This document shows positions 37,452 through 50,879 of a stretch of 64,000 bases of DNA, piece by piece (the stretch's first letter is position 1; each line of letters starts with the position of its first letter). The position numbers were made by a program, and so were the translations under genes. Under the pieces are notes generated by a model. It ran no database searches and had not been told where the DNA came from. It was given only the letters and a program-made list of their open reading frames with translations. This DNA is from the human T2T-CHM13v2.0 reference genome, Homo sapiens, in NCBI RefSeq assembly GCF_009914755.1, contig NC_060948.1, one strand, 5' to 3'.

Positions 37452-40400
37452 CTTGCTCTCACCAGAAAGAATCAGAACTTTTAAAGTGTTCTTTATGCCA
37501 ACTTAAATTTTTCATTTTTACTACCTCATGTTTTGGATGAGGCATGTATTTTTAAATTTATTTTCACCCTTATTGTACCTCTATGATAAACTGCTTGCTT
37601 ACATTCATACCGTAATTATCTCTCAGGTTACTTGTCTGTTCCTAAAGATTCACTGAAACGAAGAATTCTATATATGCTTGTATCTTTCAGCAACCGTATG
37701 TCAGATAGCACTGCACATTACTGCAGACATCGCATATACAGGTCCAAAGGTAGAGGAAGAAGAAGAAAGCAAGCGTTAAACTCTATTCATTCCTAAAAGC
37801 ATATCAGAAACTCACAAATAACAGTGAAATCAAAGAATGATCACAGCCAATTCCATTACATACCTAGACTGAAATACGAAACTTCAAAGAAAAGAAACAT
37901 TAGAACTTTGGGTTTGTAAAAATTTTCCTATATAGATAAAATTGTTGGTAACTGTGTCTCACTAGAAAACGTAAACAAAAATCCATGTTTTTCATATTTG
38001 TAAATATACATAGTTTTATTTCCATCAGTTATGACATGCAAGCAAGTAATAAAGTGAAAGTACAATCAAATGATATATGGAACTTCCTCAGTCTTAAAAT
38101 ATTCCATGGAGACTATCAATTTTATGAAAACTATAAAGAATGCTTCATGAAACTACATTGTACAGTGCCATTTACTATTTTACTGACATTTTAAATAATC
38201 AACAATTAAAGGGAATACGTCAACATTATTTAATACCAATAACGTTATTTTTCTTGAGTAATCCTGTTGAAATTAAGGATTTTAAATAAAACATTAAAAA
38301 CAAATTATATTGACTGATTTCAGCTTTGGATGAAATCATACTTGTGTATTTGTAGTAATGCGAAGCATAACTTTCTCCTCACAATTAATCTTTTATAACA
38401 TCGGTGTTATAGTTTTCTCTGACACCAACATTGTGATATCGCACAGGTTTACTGCATGCATGCATTACATGCCTCCAGAGAGTAGGCTTCAAATATATGG
38501 AAAAATTATATTTATGAAAAAATTCTAGGAAAGGGAATGGTGAAATGGAAGAGAATTTCTCACTTGCTAACTGTTGGACATGGATTTGTATATATTTGGA
38601 TATAGACACATACTGGCACACTGTGAGTTTGCCCATGTATATATACACTTATATGAGAAACCCATAATATATGGGTTGTGTAATCTTTTAATTAATCCAT
38701 AATTGTATGTGTGTGAAATTAGATAAGCGGTTACCTTTTCTTTACTCAATTTGATGGAAAGCCAAAAAACTCTGTCCACCTTCATTTCAATTAATCCAAT
38801 ACTGTTAACTGCTGGTAGCTTCATTCTCCTTGTTCTCTTACGGCAACCGGAAAGTTAATTCTCGCTCTAATTTGGCTTTCAAGGTGCGATCAACAAGAGT
38901 GTCACCTTGCTGTGGATTGTGACCTCTGACTCCACCTCTGTCTTCCTTTTGCAGTCCTACCTTTGCATAGGTAACAAACTTTGTACATGGTTAAAAGGAT
39001 AAAAGTTCAGTGAAATGTCAAGCCATGCTGTGAAATGTTCCATAGTTTCTATATCTCTAATTGTCCTTTGATGTTATAGAGGCAAGAAAAATAATTCAAT
39101 GTTTTTCTTAGTATCTAGTCCAATGCACTCTTTCTTCATAATACTGCAAACAAGGCACTGACATGGAAACGTGGCTGGACGTCTCAAAATCTCTTCTCAT
39201 TAATTACCATTATGTTAATCACTGTTGCCCACAACTGGAATTGGACTTTGAAATCCCCTGGTGGAAATTGCTATAATGGCTCAAACTACTGGAAAGACTA
39301 TCTTTTTTTTACCTGAAAATATCTGATGAGCATAGACGTATGCTATATACAGGAAGATATTGTACATTAACAACATACCATCACTGCCACTCAATAATAG
39401 GTATCCCAAACCTTTGAGCCAAACTGAGCTCGGGTGCTCCCACAAACCAAGCTTTTCCCTCCACAGATTTCTTATGTCAAAAAGCCACAACTCCAGGCCA
39501 GGCTTCGTGGCTCTTGTTGTAATTTCTACATTTTGGGAGGCCGAGGTTGGTGGGTCACTTGAGGTCAGGAGTTGGAGACCAGCATGGGCAACATGGCAAA
39601 AAGCTGTCTCTACCAAAAATACAAAAATTAGCCAGACCTAGTGGCACTTTCCTGTGGTCCCAGCTACTTGGGAGGCTGAGGCAGGAGAACCACCTGAACA
39701 TGGGTGGCAGAGATTGTATAGTAAGCCAAGATCAGACTACTGCACTCCAGCCTGGATGACACAGCGAGACCATGACTGAAAAAAGAAAAAAAAAAAATAA
39801 AGGCAACTCCACTCGTCCACTGGCTTAGGTAAAAAGTACTGGAGTTGGCTGGGCTCGGTGGCTCACACCTGTATTCCCAGCACTTTGGATTTTGGGAAGC
39901 TGAGTCGGGCGGGTCACCTGAGATCTGTAGTAGGAGAGCAGCCTGGCCAACATGGTGAAGCCTGGCTTCTACTAAAAATACAAAACATTAGCTGAGCGTG
40001 GTGATGCATGCTTGTAATCCCAGCTACTGCAGAGGCTGAACCTGGGAGGCGGAGGATGTGTTGAGCTGAGATCCTGCCACTGCGCTCCAGCCTGGTCTAC
40101 AGAGCGAGAGTACCCTGTGAGAAACAAAGGTGAAGAGAACAAGAAAAAAAAAATGAGAAAAATAAGACCCACTGCAAAAGGTTGCCACAGAAAAGATTAA
40201 ACATTTCAGCAACTTCTATCTTCTGTCATGGAAGCCAAGGTTATTTGGACCAAACCTCCTGTCTTAGTTCATTTTCACGCTGCTGAAGAAGACATACCTG
40301 AAACTGGGAATAAAAGGAGGTTTAATTGGACTGACAGTTCCACATGGCTGTGGAGGCCTCAGAATCATGGTATACGAATAAAGGCACTTCTTACATGGCA

Positions 40401-43400
40401 ATGCCAAGAGAGAATGAGGAAGAACCTGAGGCAGAAACCCCTGAAAAACCCATCAGATCCCGTGAGACTTCTTCACTGTCACAAGAATAGCATGAGAAAG
40501 ACCGACCCCCATGATTCAATTACCTCCCCCTGGGTCCCACCCGCAACACGAGGGAATTCTGGGAGATACAATTGAAGCTGAGATTTGAATGGAGACACAC
40601 CAAACCATGTCACTTCCCAAACAATTAAAAATTCCCAATAGAAGAAGCATTAATTATATCAAAAAGTGGTGGACCAAGAAGGAACTATTAGCCTCATATC
40701 TCAAGAAAGACTCCAGTCAAGGCCTAGGGACTACTCATGAAAAGAGTTTAATAGCCGACTCTCTCCCAGTGGATCTGGATTCCACCGGACTGTATCTTCA
40801 CAGTAAGGGTGAAACAGAAGCAAACCCATTCCTATTTCCAAGCTCAAGGAACTTTGGTCAAAGTTCTCTTGGAGCTGAGCAGAACAAGGAGGCAAACAGA
40901 AAAGATTTGTGTCCCTGAGAGGTCATGGCCACAGGCTGGCTATCACACAGATTGTCAAGCCAGTTCCATATTGCATGGGTATTACAGAAAATCTCAAAAC
41001 ATAAATTTGTGTGTGGGTTGTCCCAGAGTAGCAGGATCTGGCAGAAGGAAATTTCCTTCTAACCCTCAAAGAATCCACATAAATCTTGTTACATTTGGGA
41101 TTTTACGATTTGCTTCAGGAATGAGAATGGCCTTAATTTTCATATCTTTTTCTACACTCAGTTTATGGCTTGTTGGCGTCAAAGTTCTGCTTGCTTCACA
41201 CAATGAGTTTAGGATTTTCCCTTTTTTATTCTATAGAATTCTTCATATATATTGAAATGCTCTGCCTGGGGAAAAAAATCTGAGCCTAGCGTTTTATCTC
41301 TAGGAAGAATCCTTTATTTCCTTGAACATTTATGAGACTATACAGATTATATATGTCTTCTTGTATCAATTTTACTAAGCTATATACATAGCTTATGTTT
41401 ATATATTATATATATAAATGTAAGATACAAATATAAAAATTATGTATAAATATGAAAATATATATAGAAAGCGATATATATGTCTATATATATAGATAGA
41501 TTATAAATATCTGTCTATTTGATCTAAGTTTTCAAATTTGTAGGTTAAGGTGTTAATGATATTTCCTTATTAGCTTCTTAATCTATGCTGTATCTATGTT
41601 TGTGTACCTTTTAAATTCTTAGTTTTATCTATGTTTTCTCCCTTTTTTTCTAAACTTGACTGACGGTTGCATCATTTATTATATTTCTCCAACAAGCAAA
41701 GGTTAGCTTTGTATGTTTTACTAATTTTGTCTACATCATTATTCCCACACTTTAGTTTTTCAGAATTGATTCTGTTGTTTCTTTTCTAATTCTTTATTGA
41801 AATATCTAGTACATTAATTTTCAAGTTATTAGAGAAATATTTGTCTGTAAACTCCTATTGTAATATCACTTTTCTTGCTACTCACAGATTTAATCTTTAA
41901 TATTGGCGGTATCATTGAGTTCTAAGTACATTTCAATTCCTAGTATGATAATCTATGAATTGCTGAGAAATAGTGTTTACAATTTTGTTGTTCTATTTCC
42001 ACTTAAGTTTATTTTTACTTCTGCTAACTCAATTGAAAATTCTTTACTAATTTTTAAAATCCTTGAACCCAAGAGATGGAGGTTGCAGTGAGCTGAGATC
42101 AGGCCACTGCATTCCAGACTGAGTGACAGAGTGGAACGAGATTTCAAAACAAAACAAAACAAAACAAAACAAAACAGTCACTGGAAAGATAATAAAATAC
42201 ATAAATGTGGGATGTAATATGTAATCGTGATAAAATAAACTGGATTTTTTGTATAAGTTATACATATAAATGTAATGCCAAGACACTGATAAGACAACTC
42301 ATGGTCTTATCTCAATACTTAGTGTCTTCATGTAACATATGTCCTTTAGGATAGTTATAGTCCGTTTTCTTTCCAGGAGAGACAGATGAGAATGCAGAAA
42401 TGTTAAAGTGCAAGGGACGGAAGCTTCCAGCTGTGCCCACCTGTAACCTGACGTAGACAGTTCCACCGTTTGCTTCATTAATCATGCCAAAGGCTCTAAT
42501 GCAAATGTGGTACAGAGTCACATGTTTTTGTATCTACATGATAGAAACTATAACTTCATCCCTATATAGAAGGGTATATAGCATATGCCTCAGTGATAAA
42601 TATAAGTGAATCATTGATCAGTAGGAAACCATTTTAAAAGTCTTTCATAACAGAACAAAATCCCTGAAAACATTTTCTTCTCAATCTCTGAGTTTTCTTA
42701 CACGGCTTATGAATCTCTAGCCATACTAAAGAGATAGTATGCTGCTCTTCCCACAAATTATTCATTGTATATAATTCCTGTAATCTAATAACAGTACCTT
42801 TACACCTCAGGGTTTAAAATGACTCCAACCTTTTTCTGTTTCTCCAATTAAAATAACTTTTTTAAGGTTTAATCTTCAGTAATTTTTTGTAGTAATATTT
42901 TTGAAGGTATTTGACCAGGATGATTTGCTTATATACCTACCTGACGTCTCCCTTTCTTCTGAATACATATTTTATTACCCACCTATTAGATCTAAGTTTA
43001 AGAAGTTGGAATAGGGATTTAAATCTAAATTCTACATTTGAATTTACAGGAGTCAGCGAGTCGGGGAAGTGCCTTTATGCACAGACCAATATCTGGCAAT
43101 GGCACTAGGAGACAAATAAGCTTTACCAGTCTCAAAGCCCTGGCTACTACAGTGAATCCACCCTTCTCCTGGATCTTATCTACTTCAGCAAAAGAAGGCC
43201 ACCCACTAAACCAGGCCCTTGTACTTTGGGTGGAAACTCCTAAGTCCTCTAGTCTCCTCAAACAGACAGCCAGGCTGCCAATTTCCACAATAATAATTTC
43301 TATAGCACTGAGCCTTTGGTAGCCTTGTAACTATAGCTACTGATGCTACAGTCTGGTCCCTGTATGATAAAACACCAGAGCAACAGAAACAAAAATATTG

Positions 43401-43835
43401 ACTGAAGCCTTCTAAAATCTCTCTAAATATACCTTCAATAAATATCGTTTTTTTTTACAGAACGACTGCTTTCAGCTTCCTGAACGAACGCTTGGCCTTC
43501 GCTAGTTGTCACTGTTGAAATTGATTCAAAAGTGTACATTTAACATGAAAGTCAACACAGAATTTCATGTGTCAGCAACTAAAATTTTCAAAATGTTGCA
43601 AAATACAAATGTGAAACTGTATTTGTGAAATTTACCATTCATTGAAATTATATTTTCATACCTACCCAGGCACAGAATTTTTTATAACTGTCTGCATGTT
43701 CTCCTCATGTGGGGGAAAAACAGCATCAGCAGGCAGAGGAATCCTTTGAAGCTGGAGGGAGAGGTTGCAGTGATCTGAGAGTTTGCCACTTGACTGCAGC
43801 CTGGATGACACAGTGAGACTCCAACTGAAAAGAAA

Positions 43836-43874
<39 letters not shown>

Positions 43875-43939
43875 CCAAAATTGATAAGTAAAAAAAAAAT
43901 CCGTATTCGAAAACATGCTCACAGGCTAACTCCCATATC

Positions 43940-43986
<47 letters not shown>

Positions 43987-45116
43987 TCCTTGAAAACGAA
44001 AGTTCCACAAGGGCGAAACAAGAAAACAAATTTAACACCCCCCAAAGAAAGTACGAAGAGTAACCTCAAAAGAACCGCAGGGGAAAACAATTCAAAATTT
44101 ACAAGTATCTACCCTAAAAGAAGCTGAAAGTCCCTCAAAAACTTTCCAGAGGCCATGTCCTTGTATTACAAAAATGATCATAAAAACTGGCAGGAGTAGA
44201 CGAATAGAAATGCATCTTAAAACTTGCTGAACACTTCAAGTCTCCCATAAGAATTGTAATGGAAAATGGATCAGTCGGCAGTTTTTTCCATACAATTATG
44301 AACAAATTATATTTCTTCATACATAGATTTGTTTTTTCAATATTCTAAGGAATTAACTTTTATATTAATAGTAGGTGATGTAAGAAAGCAGGCCTTTATC
44401 AAGATAACTGACACTGGATGTCCATACCATTACTCAGGTGGGCCTTAATTCCCAGCCAGGTTCCCTCCCTGGACACACACTGAAGGTCCCCAGCCATTTG
44501 GCAATCTCTTCACATTCCCAGCCCTGGAGGTAGCCCTAAAATACATGTACCTGAAGAAAATAAAACATTGCCTCACACTGGAGCCCAGTGTGGTCCTCCA
44601 GATTCCGTGTGAGGTGGACTAACTTATATGGGAAGGCAGGGCAGCGGGAGTGAGGATGGCAGAGAGGATTACACATGTCAAGGCAGCCGGGGTCATGGAA
44701 ACAAAACATGACTGGCCTGGGAGAAACACTGTGAAAGGACACAGACCTAGGTGGGCCTCAGGTGGACATCCTCGTGGAGAAAAAGGGGGCCCTGGTTGAT
44801 CTCAAAATGAGCCCCAGGTGGTAGCAGGTCTTACCGCAGGGCAGGGAGCTGGCGAGTAATGATGAGACAGCTATCCCTTGAGCCCTGCTTGTCACCCACT
44901 GACTTTAGCCACATATGCATCATAGTGGCTTAAGGTGCCCCGATCCTGAAATGTGGGTGTTACATGTCCCTGATGGGCCTCTCTCCCCCAACCCATGGAT
45001 TGCCTGGGATTGCTCACTGCAGTCTCCTCCCGGATCCTTGGGTTCTCCATGTGGGGCCCAGATCCAGGTCAAAAGGCCTCTCAGTTCCCAGCCCTTCCCA
45101 GCCCTAGGCTGCTCGC

Positions 45117-47341
45117 CTGGCCTCCTCTCTGTTCCGCCTCTAGGGCTGACCCTCTCTCCATGGGATAGAACTGCAATGGATTGAGCCATAGGCCCTGGCT
45201 GATGATCTAGGGGACTGCAGAAGTGGGTCCAGGACAGTTCAGGTGACAGTTCAAAGCCAATTCCCCAGAGACCAAGGAATGACCAGCTAGGTCCTTTCCC
45301 ATGATGCCCCATGGCGAACCCCACCTCAGCAATCCTGCCAAAACCCGGGCAGTCATGTTCAGCCAAACAGCTGAATGAGCTCAGGTAGGAGGTGTACTGC
45401 CTGCAGCTGGAGGCTTGACCTTCGTGATCCCAGAACCGCTGGACTGCAGTGGAATGAGACACCCTGTAGCCTGCAGGGAGAGGAGTCAGGAAGGTTCATG
45501 CCAGTCCCACCCTCCCACACACCAGCTCCCCTACCATGCTGGGAGGCATTCCTTACCGAGGATGCCAACACAGTGCTCCTTCATGATGATTTCACTGTGG
45601 AAATAAAGGTTGGGATGAAAGGAAATCATCCTGCCACCGGTAACCGGGATGGCTGAGTTCCTCCACCTGCCGGATCAAGGAGAAAGAGGATGGATTCAAT
45701 GGGACCATCTCAACTAGCTGGGCTGAGGTGGCCTACTAGCTGTAGTGAACCATGAGTTTCCCCTTCCCAGCTCTCCCACTGAGACAACCCTGGTCCCCAG
45801 GGGGACCTCAAACTGACTCAGACACTGGACTCCTCCCACAGACCCAGGCTCCCCAGCCTGACCTGCAAATCCATCACGTAGCAAAGCAGGACTTCCGCAT
45901 GCTTTCCGACCCACGCCGACATCTCGTGTGCCAAACAATCTACCTCTGCGCAAGAACTCTCCAGAGGATTGGGTGGGCAAGCCTCGTGACGCCTTGCAAT
46001 TTCGCAAGAACACAGACAATGTGGAACAGGGCCATCTCCCAGACATTTGGCCAGTCACCCTTCATTGTTGGCCCTCTATCTCTGTCTGGCGAGGAGGCAA
46101 CGCCACAACTGTGGTGGTTTTTGGAGTGGGTGGACCCCGGCCAAGACGGCCTGGGCTGACCAGAGACGGGAGGCAGAAAAAGTGGGCAGGTGGTTGCAGC
46201 TGAGGGACGGGAGGGACCGGGGGTGGTGTGAGGCGGCTGCTTCTCTGAGTTTCTGAGATGCAGGAGGACTTTGTGTGCTGGGTGCTGGACATGCTCCGCT
46301 GATGTCCGGGTGTGTGGTGTCCTCTTATCCTAGTCTCCCTGAGGGGTGGGCCTGTCCACCTGAGGGAAGCCTTGTAGTTAGAAGCCACAGCAGGGTCGTG
46401 CCTGGCGCTCTCCAAGGGAATTGCGTGGGTCCAGAGGAAGTTATACAGGCTCAGGGCCTACACGCCTTTGAGTGCAGCGCCTGCAGTTGGATGAATGCGC
46501 ATCTGCGGAGCTGGTGCCCGCCGTCAGGTGGTCGGCAGCCCCATGCGCCGCGAACCCGTCTTAAGCACCTTGTGTTTCTGGGGTGAGCCTGCTGGAAACA
46601 GGCACCGAGAGCAGGGGTGGTTCAATGGCTGGTAATGGCATACAGATTCCCCGTCCTCCAGGGACGTTCCCAGGGAAACGCGTCCTTCGAATTTGGGCTG
46701 TGCGCAAAGGGACCTTGGCGCCGCGATTCTCCCTTGTCAGTGCTGGCCCTGGCTCCCCTTCCCTACCACGTGCTCCCAGGGCTGCTACAAGCGAGCTGCC
46801 CTCACAGCTGCGGGAACGTGGCCTCGGCTCCCACGCTGTCCCCCATCCCCTGCCTCCTGGCTGACCCCACGTGCCTCCCACCTGGCTCCTCCCCCCAAAC
46901 AGCCCCCATACCCCCCGAGGCCCGATGACTATCCCCTGCTGCCCGCCATCCCAAATCGGCAGCCGCAAGGATATGGCTCTGGCTCACAAGGCGGAGATGC
47001 TCTGTGGCCTGGGGCATTCACGGAGCCCAGCTCCAAGTGAAGGACCTCCAGCGAGTCCATTGACGGCCCCGGTGTGCTCGGTCCAGGGCCAGGCTGTGCC
47101 CGCTGGCCCTCCTTCTGCCACCCCACGTCGGGCTCCACCTCAACCACCACCTCCACCTCAGCCATGATGTCTTCCACCTTCAGCACCGCCTCCTCTTCCA
47201 AGGCCGCCTCCTTGCTCTGTACCCCGGCCGTCCTCTCCAGCATTGCCTCCAGCCTGAACACGGTTTTCTCCTGGGTGCTCCCACAGACCCTGGGCCTGCG
47301 CAGCCCAGCCCAGCCCAGCCCATGCCCCGCACCCGTAGGCT
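45117..47341 (-). pseudogene. FAM197Y: Inverted degenerate TSPY paralog, unit 3
   Basis: Copy of 4501-6725 at offset 40616 (ORFs 44920..45462 and 46929..47693). Confidence 0.85.
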
Positions 47342-48316
47342 CTGGGGGCCCGCTCCCCAGCAGACCCGCTCCCTGCAAGACCCACGGGCGTCGCCCTGCT
47401 GTGAACCTGGTCCCACACCTACGTGGACCCAGGTTTCCTGAGGAGCTCCGCTGGACCCGCAGATCCCGCACTGGCCAAAGGGCTCCGGTCCCCAGCAGGC
47501 TCAACTGCGCACAGGAGCTCGGGAGCCAGAGGCCCCGGCCCTGGGCTTGCAGAGCCCCACCAACAGGCACCGCAACCGCTGCTGCGGGTGCGGGAGCCTC
47601 TGGGTCGTCAAGGCAGCGCACAACAGCGTGCGCGCAGGCCGACAATGGCCACCCCTGGCGGCTGGCCTCTGGTGTGCCCAGGGCATAGGACAAGAGGCCC
47701 TTTGGAATGCTCCTTGGAGTACAGCATCCTCAGGGAGGAAGCATGGTACTCGGAGCCTCTATTTGCCTCGACCTGTGAGAGTGTGTGCCGGGGCTCTGGC
47801 CTCTACAGCAGATCAATTCCACCTCAGCACCGGCAGGCGACTTTCCTCCCACGTGCCCGCCCCGATCACTTCCCCCAGGACACCCCTGCCGCCCTAGCCC
47901 CAGCAACCAGAGAGAGTTCTCTGCATCTGCTGTATTACCTCCGTACCATCTACCTGGCCTGCCTAACGAAGAGAGATGTTTCCTGTGTTCATGACACATA
48001 GAGATGTTCATGGCTTGCCACACTGAGGATGTCAGGGCACAGGGCTGCCATGCCCACAATTCCAAAGGCCACGCAGCCCGCGTGTGCCCGGATGCCTAGC
48101 TACCCGGCACAAGCTCCAAGGGCTTCTCGGAGGAGGCTTGGGCAGGGAAGGCGGGGGGTGGGGGGGCTGGAGATGCAGGCCCGCCAGTGGCTGTGCCGCC
48201 CAGGGAGACGCCCACCGCCCTCCCATTGATTGGCCACGACCGGAGGAAGTCGGCCTGGGTGCGGCCCCCCGGCCCTTCGCGCGCAGTCCCTTAGGGGGCG
48301 CCTGGAAGCCCGGCGC

Positions 48317-50879
48317 ATGCGCCCTGAGGGCTCGCTGACCTACCGGGTGCCAGAGAGGCTGCGGCAGGGTTTCTGTGGCGTGGGTCGGGCAGCACAGGCC
48401 TTGGTGTGTGCGAGTGCCAAGGAGGGCACCGCCTTCAGGATGGAGGCTGTGCAGGAGGGGGCGGCCGGGGTGGAGAGTGAGCAGGCGGCTTTGGGGGAGG
48501 AGGCGGTGCTGCTGTTGGATGACATAATGGCGGAGGTGGAGGTGGTGGCGGAGGAGGAGGGCCTCGTGGAGCGGCGGGAGGAGGCCCAGCGGGCACAGCA
48601 GGCTGTGCCTGGCCCTGGGCCCATGACCCCAGAGTCTGCACTGGAGGAGCTGCTGGCCGTTCAGGTGGAGCTGGAGCCGGTTAATGCCCAAGCCAGGAAG
48701 GCCTTTTCTCGGCAGCGGGAAAAGATGGAGCGGAGGCGCAAGCCCCACCTAGACCGCAGAGGCGCCGTCATCCAGAGCGTCCCTGGCTTCTGGGCCAATG
48801 TTGTATCCTTCTCAGTGTTTCTTCGGCCTTTCTAGTGGAGAGGTGCTCTCGGGGAAGTGTAAGTGACCGATGGGCAGCTCGGCGTCGATGTGACTCTTTG
48901 GGGAACAAAGGGGAGTTGCCACGGACCAATGTGGCTGTGGAAAGCCGGAGCAGGCGTGGGTACTATTGTCCTGCATGCGGCAGAGAAACCCTTGGTGATG
49001 CCGAGCCGCAGACGTTTGGGGCATCTTTTTGAAGAGCAGAAGCGAGTTCAGAGCGGAAGAGGTTTTTCAGTGAATGAAGCTATTTTTAAGGGAGTGTGAT
49101 TGCTGCCCCTTGCTAGTCCGATCTGGGACTGGGCGTCTTCGGCTATAAGCAGATTCTGCCACTCCTCAGACACCAGCAAGTCTCTGCAAATCGCGCCTCC
49201 CCATGTCAGTGCAGTCAGCCTCAGAATCATACACCCTCTGTGAACACAGGAGGCCTTAGTTTACGGGGACGGGGAGGCGAAAGGAGATCATACATGGAAG
49301 CAGATCTGAGAAATCCCCTACCCCAGCCTCTGGGTGCTCTTAGGCCTTCTTCCCTGTTGCTCCTCGCTTTCCCTTCCATCGTGTGTAAAGTCTCTTTGAC
49401 CTAAATCAGATTGCAAACCACCCCCAGATGTCAGCCCTGATCACTGACGAAGATGAAGACATGCTGAGCTACATGGTCAGCCTGGAGGTGAGGCCAGGAA
49501 GACTGGGGCTAGAGGGTTTAGCGGGGGAGGGTAAGGGAAATAATTCATTCCTGTAAGCAAGAGTGAGCACCTCACCCGAAAACCTATCTAAGCTTTCTCC
49601 ACCTTGTCCTGACAGGTGGAAGAAGAGAAGCATCCTGTTCATCTCTGCAAGATCATGTTGTTCTTTCGGAGTAACCCCTACTTCCAGAATAAAGTGATTA
49701 CCAAGGAATATCTGGTGAACATCACAGGTGACAGGTGGCTCCCAGGATGGGTAGTGGAAGGAAGATGGTGGGTGGATCATTGCCAACGGGATCCAGCCCC
49801 CTTCCCACAAAAACTCCTGTCTCTGTAGAATACAGGGCTTCTCATTCCACTCCAATTGAGTGGTATCCGGATTATGAAGTGGAGGCCTATCGCCGCAGAC
49901 ACCACAACAGCAGCCTTAACTTCTTCAACTGGTTCTCTGACCACAACTTCGCAGGATCTAACAAGATTGCTGAGGTGAGTCCTCACTGGGAAACATGAGG
50001 AATGACCCCGTGTGTTCCCAGCTGCTTGGGTCACCTTTCTGAGCCCTGATGAGGCCTTTCCCGATTGAGTCCCCTGACAGATCCTATGTAAGGACCTGTG
50101 GCGCAATCCCCTGCAATACTACAAGAGGATGAAGCCACCTGAAGAGGGAACAGAGACGTCAGGTGAGCCGTTAGTTGGCACTGGAGCTGTTTGATGCCCA
50201 GTATAAGGGGGTTGACACACCTGCCTATTCAGGGAGCCTGGGTGCTCATTTCAGAAATGTAGAAATTGAGGCTCCTTTCGTACATGTAGAAATTCCTTGA
50301 GAGGAAGACAGAGAGTGACAGAATCCAGGACGTTCATGGCATTGGGCTGAAAAGGCACGTTAGAGACTGCACTGCAAAGCGGGTGATAGCTGTGGAGTCT
50401 TAAGCCCAGTGAAGAATCGTCCATTTCCAGAATCAATGAGAAGTAAAGCTGAAAATCATTCAGTTCAGTCTGTGGCACTTGATTCCACGGCTGTCAACCC
50501 CACCGGCAGTCATCCCACCAACCCCATGAGATTGGGCTCCCTGAATGTGCGTCCTGGTCATCCTTGCCCCAAACCACAAAGGACTGTTTAGATTGATGGA
50601 TTTCCTTAAGCTGTTGCCCCATCAGACTTGTGTGTGCTTTTAGGGCCCAGTGCATCTTGTTAGCTGACTCCCCTCACAGACAATACTGGGAATGGGGCAG
50701 GGATTGCGCAGAACAGTTTGTAACACGTGGTAGGAGGAAGTTTAAGGGATCACAAATGGGGAAGGGATATCCTTTTCTCAGCGGGCCCCACAATTGAAAC
50801 ATTTCAAAGTATGGCTCAGAGAAAATGCGTTTTAACATGAGTTTGTGTTTCTCTAGGGGACTCCCAGTTGTTGAGTTGA
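48317..50879 (+). CDS. TSPY: TSPY copy 3, 308 aa; exons 48317-48802, 49410-49487, 49616-49727, 49829-49974, 50081-50162, 50857-50879
   Basis: Same exon structure, intact. E190; C-terminus GDSQLLS*. Confidence 0.97.
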
